The notes below the pieces were generated by a model. It saw only the letters and a program-made list of their open reading frames with translations, made no database searches and was not told where the DNA came from. Shown here piece by piece: positions 26,301 through 38,300 of a stretch of 64,000 bases of DNA. The stretch spans positions 25,047,231 through 25,111,230 of the forward strand of contig NC_083435.1 in assembly GCF_020745735.1 (NCBI RefSeq), written 5' to 3'. The DNA comes from Hemiscyllium ocellatum. Its lineage: Eukaryota. Position 1 is the first letter of the stretch. The number at the start of each line of letters is the position of its first letter. A program made the translations under genes and the position numbers.

Positions 26301-29300
26301 GTGGATCTGACCGAGACTGTTCGGATAGTTATACCTATACTTTTTTTTATTTCAAAAATATACTTTATTCATAAAATATGCATAGAATAATTTGATACAC
26401 TGTGCATTAGGTAATGCCATTCATATTTCCACATTTACATACACAGCTCCGAATTATCATTATTACATACAGATCAGTGCATTTCTCACTCATATATTCA
26501 GCTGAGGTGTCAGCAGAGCCCAAATGACTGCATGGGCCCCCTGCTTTTCTTTAGACAGGCAGATGTTAAACGGTGGTCTTTCCCCACCGCGCCTTGGCGG
26601 CAGCTGCCCCAAGCTTCAGCGCGTCCCTCAACACGTAGTCCTGGACCTTGGAATGTGCCAGTCTGCAACACTCAGTCGGGGTCAACTCCTTCAGCTGGAA
26701 GATCAACAGGTTTCGGACCGCCCAGAGAGCGTCCTTCACCGAGTTGATGATCCTCCAAGCGCAGTTGATGTTCGTCTCGGTGTACGTCCCGGGGAACAGG
26801 CCGTAGAGCACGGAGTCCCGCGTCACGGCGCTGCTCGGGACGATCCTCGACAAATACCACTGCATTCCTCTCCAGACTTCCTCTGCATAGGCACATTCCA
26901 GAAGGAGGTGTGTGACAGTCTCTTCCCCCCCGCAGCCGCTTCGAGGGCAGCGTGCGGTGCGGCTGAGAGTCTGGGCGTGCATAAACGATCTCACAGGTAG
27001 AGCCCTTCTCACCACCAGCCAAGCCATGTCTTGGTGCTTGTTGGAAAGTTCTGGCGATGAGGCATTCTGCCAAATTGCTTTGACAGTCTGCTCAGGGAAC
27101 CACTCAACAGGATCCGCCCTCTCCTTTTCCCGAAGGGTCTCGAGGACGCTACGTGCTGACCACTTCCTGATGGACTTGTGGTCAAAGGTGTTTTTCTTCA
27201 GAAATTTCTCCACGAAGGACAGGTGGTACGGAACGGTCCAACTACTTGGAGCGTTCCGCGGCAGCGAGGCCAGGCCCATCCTTCGCAACACCGGGGACAG
27301 GTAGAACCTCAGTACGTAGTGACACTTGGTGTTTGCGAACCGGGGATCCACACACAGCTTGATGCAGCCACACACAAAGGTGGCCATCAGGGTGAGGGTG
27401 GCATTGGGTGTATTTTTTCCCCCGTTGCCCAGATCTTTGTATAGTGAGTCCCTTCGGACCCGGTCCATCTTTGAACTCCATATGAACTGGAAGATGGCCC
27501 GGGCGACTGCAGCGGCGCAGGTTGGCAGGCGGAGGAAATGGAAGAGGAGGAATCAAAGGAGGCAGATGACTGGATCACAGTCAGAAATAGGAAGAGGAAG
27601 CCTGTCTCGGGCCCCAAAGCCACCCAGAGAAGGGGGAAACGACACCTCCAAGTCGAGGACACAGGCAGCTCTTCTGATGGTGAGGACGGGCGCAAGAAGG
27701 GTCGCCACCAGAGGAAGAGACAGAGCGCCCTGGGGAGAAAGGAGGGCAGCACCACCCAAGAAGGGAAAGACGATCCCTCTGTGGGGATGGGTAAAGGCCT
27801 CCCCCTACCCGGTGAGAACCAAGAGGTGTCCACCGGCCCACAGCTCCAGGTAACTGGGAGCAGCGGTCCTGTGACAGCCCCGCTGTCAGATGGAGAACTG
27901 GACGGTGCAGACCCTGGGCTTGACACAAAGACACCAGAGCGGGGAAATGGCTCCAGCGTGGAGCCGGACAGCTACCTCAGCCCTGGGATGGTCCAGCAGT
28001 TTGCCGTCACCACGGGGATGCACGCAGCTACCCCAGAGGAGCAAGACCAGCAGCAAATGGACACTATTAACCTTGTAAATTGTTAAAATGGGGTTTAAAG
28101 TTGCCAGCATCAATGTGCGTAGCATCAAATCGGCTACGCGATGTGTTTCAACGATGACCTTCCTGGCCAGCGTTAAAGCCGACCTCCTGTTTCTGCAGGA
28201 GTGTGGGATACCGCACCTCAGCAGCTACAGGAGATGGTCGAGCTTGTGGGCCCATGGGCAGTCAGTTTGGTCGGGAGGCAACGATAGCCGCGCCTCCGGC
28301 CTGGGTATTCTGTTGCGAGGAAGCAACTTCACCATCTCCGAGGTTAAAGAGGTGGTGGGCGGGCGCCTCCTCGTCGCCGACGTTATGTACAGGAATGCTC
28401 CCCTGAGACTGATCAATGTGTACGCCCCATTGGGTAAGAGTGAACGGTTGGCCGTCCTGCAGCAGCTTCCACTGTTGCTGGCTACGTCCAGGCCGGTCAT
28501 TCTGGCCGGAGACTTCAACTGTATCATTGATGCAGATGGACGATCCGGCGGGGGGGACAGTAAACTGGACGCCACGTCCAGAGCCCTGATGGACGCGGTA
28601 AAAGATGCCAAGCTGCACGACGTCTTCAGCACCCCTGCAGACGGAGCGCAGCGTAGATACACCTGGTCACGGGCAGACAGGTCTATCCGCTCAAGGATAG
28701 ATTACCTGTTTGTGTCCCGAACGCTCTCGGTCAGATCCACCGACGTCAAGCCGGTGTTCTTCTCTGACCACTGCCTCCTGCTGGCCGACTGTCACCTACA
28801 GGACGAGCAGCGGGCGGGTAAGGGAACGTGGAAGCTGAACACAAAGCTGTTGACCCCGGGAAACATCGAGGAGCTCAAGAGGGACTATGCAGGTTGGAGA
28901 ACCGTGAAGCCCCTCTTTGAGTCTCCAGCAGACTGGTGGGAAACAGTTAAAGGGAACATCAAGAGGTTCTTCATCCTCAAAGGTGTTCAGGAGGCGAGAG
29001 AGATGCGGGGAAAACTGTCCCAGCTCCAGGAAAGTATGCAGACCCTGCTCCTGCTGCAGATGATGGGGGTTGATGTCACAGAGGACCTCAAGGAGGTGAA
29101 GGGCCAGCAAGCCTCGCTCTTTGCCTCAGAGGCCTCCAAGATAATCTTCCGGTCCAGGGTCCGCTCGGTGGAGCAGGACGAGACGTGCTCACGTTTCTTC
29201 TTCCAGAAGGTGCACAAAGAGAGCTCTGTGCTCAGCAGCCTGAAGGAAGAAGACGGCTCGATAACGTCATCTCAGGCTGACGTCATGAGGATCAGTAAAT

Positions 29301-32300
29301 CCTTCTATGCCAGTCTGTATGACGCGAAGCCGACCGACAGCGCGGCCTCCCAGTCATTCCTGTCGTCTATCACGGAGGTCTTAGACGACAGAACACGCGA
29401 GAGGCTGGACCAGCCGCTATCTCTGGACGAGCTGACCAAGGCCCTCGAGTCCTTCAAAAAGAATAAAACTCCCGGAAGCGATGGCTTACCGGTCGAGCTC
29501 TATTCCGGTCTGTGGGACTTGATTAGCCACGACCTGCTGGAGGTGTATGTCAGTATGCTTCGGGCAGGTACCATGAGCGAATCCATGAGGAAAGGCATCA
29601 TCACCCTCATCTATAAGCGGAAGGGGGAGAGGGAGGAACTCAAAAATTGGAGACCGATCACACTGTTGAATGCAGATTACAAAATCCTGTCAAAGGTAAT
29701 TGCCAACCGGGTCAGGTCTGCTCTGGGGTCGGTGATTCACCCTGACCAAACCTGTGCTGTGCCAGGCAGGAAGATCGCTGAGAGTCTCGCACTCCTCAGG
29801 GATACGATCGCCTACGTGCAGGACAGAGGGTTGGACGCCTGCCTGATCAGCCTGGACCAGGAGAAAGCCTTTGACAGGATATCACACATGTATATGAGAG
29901 ATGTTCTCTCCAAAATGGGCTTTGGGGAGGGAATCTGCAATTGGATCAGACTGCTCTACACCAACATCGTCAGTGCAGTCTCAATCAATGGGTGGGAATC
30001 AGATAGCTTCCCAGTCAGATCTGGAGTCAGACAGGGCTGCCCTCTCTCTCCTGCCTTGTTTGTGTGCTGCATAGAGCCATTTGCCGAGTCCATCAGGAAG
30101 GATGCGAGCCTGAGAGGGGTGACTATTCCGGGCAGCGGGGGCCTGCAGGTTAAGGCCTCCCTGTACATGGATGACGTCGCCGTTTTCTGCTCGGATCCGC
30201 TGTCCGTGCGCAGACTCATGTGCATTTGTGACCAGTTCGAACGGGCCTCGGGGGCCAAGGTAAACCGAGGCAAGAGCGAGGCCATGCTCTTCGGGAACTG
30301 GGCCGACCAATCCTCGATCCCCTTCACCGTCAGGACCGACCACCTGAAGGTGCTGGGTATTTGGTTCAGGGGGGGCTGGGGCGTGCGCCAAGTCTTGGGA
30401 GGAGCGTATCAGTAAAGTGAGGCAGAAACTGGGCAGATGGAGGCTACGGTCGCTCTCCATCACGGGAAAAAACCTGGTCATCAGGTGTGAGGCACTGTCA
30501 TTGCTGTTGTACGTGGCACAGGTCTGGCCTATTCCTGGATAGTTATACCTATACTGTCCAGCAGTGGTCAGTATGTAGGTCTTTGGGAATGCCAACACAC
30601 CTTGGGTTTTTCAGTTCATCAGACCACACCACAGTTCGGATGTGGTTGTTTCCCTCTCCTCAGTGGGATCCAGGAAACCCATGCGGCAGCGTCCAAGCAT
30701 TGGTCAGCAATTCTGGTTAATTCCCAGAATTTGGGAAGGATTGGACTCATTGTCAACCCACCGCAATCACATGGTTGATAGAAGTCACCAAGCAATGAAT
30801 GCATTCCAGCATGTCACCTGGTGGCCACTATCTGTCACAGAAATCAATATTGACTTTCAGGCTGATGTTAATTACAGAAAGGACAGTTTTCAACAGGAAG
30901 TGTGTGTCTCGAACAACCTTTTTATCAATGCTGTAATGAGTGAAAATGGTTGACTCCTTAACGGAGATAGTTCCAACACTGTAGAAGTGATGAATAACTT
31001 TTTTAAAGGGACGACACCCCCAACCCCCAGTAATTACAGCGTCAATGAATAAGGTGCATATTACATTTGAGTCATTTCAGTAAGAGAAAATTTTGACTCA
31101 CTCTAAATCATTGCCTTCCACAATCGATTCCAGTAAAGATGATCCATTAGGAGCCTGGTCTAACTTTAACGTTGCGTATTGTATATTGGCTGATGAAGTT
31201 GTCTAATTAAACAGAAATGTTACGTTAGACTAAATTGACCATATTCTACGCTCTTTGGTTAAATAAAGTTCGTGTAAGTGACCAGCTTTTTCACCTTGAG
31301 ATTGAGAAAGGAAGCTTGTTAAAATGCAAGTGATTTTGAGACACTAATGGTCAAGAAATGCAACTAAACTTTAAAGGTGTAGATGAGCTCAATTAAGGGT
31401 TGGCACTGTGGCTCAGTGATTAGCACTGCTGCTTCACAACACCAGGACCCACATTTGATGCGACCCTCTGATGACTGCGTGGAGTTTGCACGTTCTCCCT
31501 GCGTGGGTTTTCTCTTGGTGCTCTGAGTTCTTCCCACAGTCCAAAGATGTGCAGGTTAGGGTGGATTGGCCATGCTAAATTGCCCCATAGTGTTCAGGGA
31601 TGTGCAGGTTAGGGTGGATTGGTCATGCTAAATTGCCCCATAGTGTTCAGGGATGTGCAGGGCAGGAGGATTAGCTATAGGGAATGCAGGGATAGGGTAG
31701 AGGGGATGGGTCTAGGTGAGATGCTCTTTGGAGAGTCAGTGTAGAGTTGATGGGCTGAATGGCCTGTTTCTGCACTGTAGGGATTATCTTCTAAGATCTG
31801 GGTGCATTTTTGCTGAAGCAGAAAGTTGGTGGAGGGATACAATAAAGAGATTTGACATTTAATTTTAAAAGGATATTGATTCTTGGCCCTGTGTCCCTTT
31901 CCTATTTTTGCCATGTCTCATCATCTTTAAGCAGAGTGTGCTGAGCATTTTATTTTCATGTCATGTCAATCTGGTTTGGGAGCTGTTCAGTTTGCTAACT
32001 TATCAAAGCCAGCCAATTTACACATGTCCTACGGTCTGCTATTGGCCCTGCAGAAAATCTCAATCTGAAATTTGCTGAAAAGTGTTTGGGTTCTTAAAAG
32101 GTTATGAATTTGAAAGGCAGCTTGATCCGGAACAACATGGATTAAGTCAAATCTATCAATGGTGAGAGATGTGCTTGTGAAATCATTGCAACTAAAAATC
32201 GCACATGTCTGGTTTGTTGATGAAGTATGCATTTTAGATGATTGCTTACCTGTCGGTTGGGTGCAGAACTTTGACAATCTGCAGGAACAAAATACAGTAG

Positions 32301-35300
32301 GTAAGAAAAGGTCAGTGGAGTTCAACACAGTAAGGCACAGCACGGTATTAGGAATAATAGATTGATGCTTTATTTGTGAGAGTGAAGATGATTGTTTGAA
32401 AAATAGCAGATTTGTTTTCGATCCAGTTGGGCCATTTTCTAATTGTCTGATAGAATAGCCCAGAAGGGTTGAATGGCCTGTCCTTACATTTCTATAATGT
32501 CAAATAATTCCTGGATTGCCATAGCCTTTCTCATCCAAATAATTGCTGTATCTATGCCCAGCCAACTTGCACTGTGCTGCTGGTCACTTTTCAATGAGGG
32601 ATTCTCTTAACAATTTTTATAGAAAGCATTCTATCTGGATGCATCACAGTTTGATAATTGCTTTTCCCAAGTCCGCGAGAAACTACAGAGAATCACAAAC
32701 ACAGCCCAATTGATCACACAAACCAGCCTTCCAACCATTGATTCCCTACAGTGTGGAAACAGGCCCTTCGGCCCAACTAGTCCACACTGACTGTCCGAAG
32801 ACTAACCCACCCAGACCCATTTCTCCGAACTAATGCAGCTCACTCTACAGGAAATTTAGCATGACTAATTCACCTAACTTGCACATCTTTGGACTGTGGG
32901 AGGAAACCGGAGCACCTGGAGGAAACCACGCAGACCCAGGGAGAATGTGTGAACTCCACTCAGTCGCCCAAGGCTGGAATCGAACACAGGTCCCTGGCGC
33001 TGTGAGGCAGCAGTGCTAACCACTGAGCCACCGTGCCAACCCTTATTGATTCCATCTATACTTCCCGCTGTCTGCAGAAAGCAGCCAACATCATCAAAGA
33101 CCCTTCCCAGTTATACTCTCTTTCACCCATTTCTGCTGGGCAGAGGCTATAAAATGTTGTACACGTGTATGAATTCATTCAAGAAAAGCTTCTTCCCCAC
33201 CATTATCAGAGTTTTGAACTGACCTCTCAAATGTTAATTCTGATCCCTCTCGCTGCACCTTCTCTGCGGCTGTGACACCATATTCTGAACTCTGTTCAGC
33301 TATCCTGACGCATGTTGTATGGTCTGTTCTACCTGTAGAGCACTTTTCACTATAACTTGGTACATGTGCTGACAATAAAAATAAATCAAATCAAACGATT
33401 ATGATGTCAAGCTCCACCCCACTCTCAAATCCAGACTGGAACTCTAGTGCAATGTTTCCAGAGTGCTAAACTGTCTTTTGATCTCTATCCCAAATACCCA
33501 CCACCTCACCACATTAGCACATTAGGTAAGCATATCAGTGAGCTCGCAGTCAAAGATTGATTTTCATTCTGTAGGGTATGAGTTCAAGCCCCATCAGTGA
33601 TGGTTCAAACATTGAATCTGAAATTGAAAGTGAGTTTAAGGAATCATGCCATGAAGCAATCTCTTTGTTTTGTAAGATTCCCTCTTGCTGTATTTCCCTT
33701 GAGGGAATGAAATCCACCATCGTCATCTGGTCTGACCTACATGTTGTTCCAGACACACAGCGAAGTGGCTAATTCTCAACTACCCTCAGTCCAGGGGCAA
33801 TTAGAAATGGAGCAAAAAATTCCAGTTTCAATTCACATCTCATGACAGAATAAATAATAATGGTGATTACATCGAGTGAAATCACTGTTGTTTCGAATGT
33901 TTTCTTTAAAAAATAATAGTCCCAAAGATATAAGTGGCCAGTTCATCTCATTGATGTGTGTTTGGATGCCACAGTTTGTTTCATGTCAGCAATATGCTGG
34001 ACTAACGCAGTTTGTCAAAATGCCTGCAACATTCACCTGGAAGAGTGGACAGAGGTGGAATATCTTGCATCGCAGCACACCCTCACTCCCACACAATTGC
34101 AGGAAACCATAAATATCCAAGGAACGTTTGAAGTCACACTTAATTCTGCAATATCCTGCTTCAGAAGCAGAATTGAGCCAAATTCATGCAAAAGAGATGA
34201 GTACCGATGGAGACACTTGTATTCATATAAAGTCTAACTGACCAACATTTTTAAAAAGAGCAATAGGTGGCTTACATCATTAACATCACTGATTTAAAAT
34301 AACAAATAGAAAACCGTGAAACAAAAAGAATTAGTGTTCACTATGTCATATATTGAGGGGAAGAGTTGGCCAAGTGGTATTATCAGTTCATCCAGAGACC
34401 CAGGTGATGATCTGTGGCCATGGCAGATGGTAGAATTTGAATTCCCTAAAAAGAAATCTGAAATTAAGAATCTTACAATGACCACGAACCCATTGACAAT
34501 TGTCGGGAAACACCCATCTGGTTTAACTGACGTCCTTCAGAGAACGAAACTGTCATCCTTACATGGTCCGGCCTCCATGTGACTCTAAACCCACAACAAT
34601 GTGGTTGACTCTTAACAGCCCTCCAGACAATTATGAATGGACAAAGATGCTGGCCTAGTCAGCAACAGTGGCATTTCGTGAATGAATAAAAAAAAATTAT
34701 GTCGACCACTTTGTTGCAATTTGCTGATGGCACCTTCCATTTGAGGTCACTTACGAAGGCAGATAGTTACTCTGCAAGTTCATTCCTTTGTCACTGTTAA
34801 AATCAAAAGCGCCACTTATTTTTACATTCACTATCTGAAGTAGCATGGGGCTAATTTAAATCTCAAGGAAGCCACTTCAACGTAATGCTTCTATTTCCCA
34901 GAGCAGCTCTGTACCTGAGAAGGTGTTGAACGGTTCTGTGGTGGTTTATCTGTAATTTTCTGTTGTGATCACATTAAGGCACTTCATATTAATTCCACAT
35001 GCTACCTTTAGGTCAAGCACCTGGAGAATTTAGCCTTCTCTCTATCTGTGACTGAATAAATGAAGATAGCCGATATAAGTTACCTTCTGCATTCACCCAG
35101 TAGGAATACTGCTGCTCAATGAGACATACTCCGTCATCCGTGAGTCAAAAGATTATAGATCACCATGGGCGGCACGGTGGCACAGTGGTTAGCACTGCTG
35201 CCTCACAGAGCCGGAGACCCGGGTTCAATTCCCGACTCAGGCAACTGACTGTGTGGAGTTTGCACGTTCTCCCCGTGTCTGCGTGGGTTTCCTCCGGGTG

Positions 35301-38300
35301 CTCCGGTTTCCTCCCACAGTCACAAAGATGGTGCGGGTCAGGTGAATTGGCCAGGATAAATTGCCCGTAGTGTTAGGTAAAGGGGTAAATGTAGGGATAT
35401 GGGTGGGTTGCGCTTCGGCGGGTCGGTGTGGACTTGTTGGGCTGAAGGGGCTGTTTCCACACTGTAAGTAATCACTCTAATCTCAAATCTAGACGAGCAG
35501 AGTGCTCCCAAATTTTACACATTACAGTGGATGTAAAAGCACAACAACAACTCTACTTCCTCAGAAGTCTAAGAAAATTTGACATATTGATAAAGATCCG
35601 CATAGATGTTTACAGATATGCCTATCTGGATACAACCCAACCTCAGCTATCTGAACATCAATTAATCGAATTTTGGATTGTCCGAACAAGATCTCAAGGC
35701 AAAAACGTAGCCTATTGTCCGAACACTCAGTTATCCGAGCAAAATAGTTGTTTTGTGCATCATAATGTAGTTCGACAACAACTCTGCCTAAGACCACAAG
35801 AAATTAGTGTCCTGAACATAGCCCAGTCCATCATGCAAACTCTAATCCATTCACTTCAACTGTGCTTCCTACTGTCTTGCAAAAGTAGTCAGCATACTCA
35901 ACACCCCCTCCCATCCCAGTTACTCAACACCCCCTCCCATCCCAGTTACTCAACACCCCCTCAACACCCCAGTTACTCAACACCCCCTCAACACCCCAGT
36001 TACTCAACACCCCCTCAACACCCCAGTTACTCAACATCCCCTCAACACCCCAGTTAGTCAACACCCCCTCCCATTCCAGTTACTCAACACCCCCTCCCAT
36101 CCCAGTTACTCAACACCCCCTCATCACCCCATTACTCAAAACTCCCTCAACACCCCAGTTACTCAATACCCCCTCCCACCCCTGTTACTCAACATCCCCT
36201 CCCACCCCCGTTACTCAACATCCCCTCAACATCCAAGTTACTCAACACCCCCTCCCACCCCCGTTACTCAACATCCCCTCAACACCCCAGTTACTAAATA
36301 ACCCCTCAACATCCCAGTTACTCAACATCCCCTCAACACCCCAGTTACTCAATACTCCCTCCCACCCCAGTTACTCAATACTCCCTCCCACCCCAGCTAT
36401 ACTCTCTTCCCCATTCTTCCAACAGGCAGAATGTATATAAAAGATCGTATACATAGATGAACAGATTCTAGAACAGTTTCTTGAGTGCTGTTATTAGACT
36501 TTGAATGGACTTCTTAAATGTTAATGTTGATCTCTCTCTGCACCTTCTCTGTGGCTGTAACACTTTGTTGTGTTACCCTGATGCACTTGTACAGTACGAT
36601 CTCCCTGTAAAGCATGTAAAGTGACACTTTTCACTATATCTCGATACATGTGATGGTAATAAATCAAACCAGCAAAAAACAAAACTCTCAAGGCATTATT
36701 TTGAATAAGAGCAGAAGAGTTATGTCTGGTGGCCTAACTAGTACTTTCCTGAACAAGCAACATTAAACTTTATCATTGTCAATTACTGCTGATGGGGCAC
36801 TGCCACATACAAATTTCTGTTTCGTACATTGTATCAATGGCTACACTTCAAGAGTTCCTCATTGGCTAGAAATCACTTCTGTAATTCGCACTGTAAATAA
36901 CATGAACGCATTGTTAGACACTGGAGCAAAGCTTTTCCATGTCACTATCACCTGAGAAGCTATGAAGGTTGTCTATCTCCAGTAGGTGTGCCGACAAATG
37001 GTAACAAAGATTGTCAACCTACAAAGGCATATGTCCTTCTAATTCATACGATTACTCATTAGCTATTCCAAACGTTTAATTAATCTTTAATGAGTTACTT
37101 GCCCATCACATTAGTTGTCGAGTTGCTGAAGGTCTTTAGGCTGTCAGAAGCAAAAATAAAAATGCTGTTGATTATAAACAGAGAATGCAAACAACTGCAC
37201 TTATTTCAACTTTACTTTTATAGATATGTTTAATCAACCCTCTGAGACATGGTAGGCCACTCCTCTGGAGCAAGTGGGACTTGGACATTCGTACAACTGG
37301 CTTCATATTAAAGTGGACAAACTGGGTAAAAGGTCAAATCAATCTGGACCTCATGACTGAGGCCTCCTCCCCCTCTGGAATTACTCCCATCCCCACTATG
37401 ATTACAAAGTTAGACCTTGTCCGAGGAATTCGAGAAGAAACCCGTCCATTCCATGGATAGTGGCCAATCTAGAGAACCTATCCAGGCAAATAAAATAGCT
37501 TATTTATTCCTGATCAACCACACCATCCTGCAGGGAAACACTGACAAAAAAAATTCCAATCCTAAAAAACACCATCCATTCATACGAATGACTGGGGCAA
37601 CTTTGTTTTACACAGAGTGGTTCATGTGTGGAATAAACTGTCAGGAGAAGTGATGGATACAGCTACAGTTACAACATTTCAAAGACATTTGGATAAGTAC
37701 ATGTATAAGGAAGGTTTGGAAGGATATGGGACAAATGCGTTGGGATATCTGGTCGGCATGGACCGAAGGGTCTGTTTCCATGCTGTACATCTCTATGACT
37801 CTAAGTGATAGAGTTTGGGAATGTGGTCGGCATAGGCTAGTTGGACCAAAGGGTCTGTTTCCATGCTGTGTGACTCTATGACTGCGAGATGGCAATGGAT
37901 GCACCAGGAGAAACCTTCACCTCCCCCACCAACAGAAGACAAGAGGTTCAGAGGGAAAACTAGTTTTGCATCCACCTCAATATTACTCCCCAGCAAATGG
38001 AATGTGGAGTAAACTTTGCTGTTCTTTAAGTCTCTGTCAAACTGCACCGATCCCCTCAGCATCCCGACCGGTAGGTCACTTGCACCTCACATGATTAAAC
38101 TCCCTAGTGTAGGGTAACTCAGCATACAATGTAAAACTAGGTGGAGGTGGGTACTGTGGATGCTGGAGATTAGAGTCAAGATTAGAGTGGTGCTGGAAAA
38201 GCATATCGGGTCAGGCAGCATCCGAGGAGCAGGGAAATCAACGTTTCGGGCAAAAGCCCTTCATCAAGAATGCTCGTGCTTCCTGACTCGGGTTAAAATC

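Larger units (their letters stand above)
26342..30536. mobile_element. Tx1/L1-clade non-LTR retrotransposon, 5'-truncated and 5'-inverted (3' part on minus 26342-27523, 5' part on plus 27524-30536)
   Basis: 19-bp TSD GGATAGTTATACCTATACT at 26323-26341 and 30537-30555; poly(T) and AATAAA complement at 26342-26372; ORF1 C-terminus 27538-28086; ORF2 from 28088. Confidence 0.93.

Noticed and set aside
31259-31294. Short phase-0 frame VKKLVTYTNFI* after an aag acceptor
   Set aside because: Weak AAG acceptor 92 nt upstream of the better exon G acceptor; VxYxxF is not a canonical ITIM.
33956-34237. 93-aa plus-strand ORF
   Set aside because: No recognisable domain or splice context.
35899-36400. 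Repeat array as a CRISPR or a coding repeat
   Set aside because: No unique spacers, eukaryotic context, and it lies in a LINE remnant.
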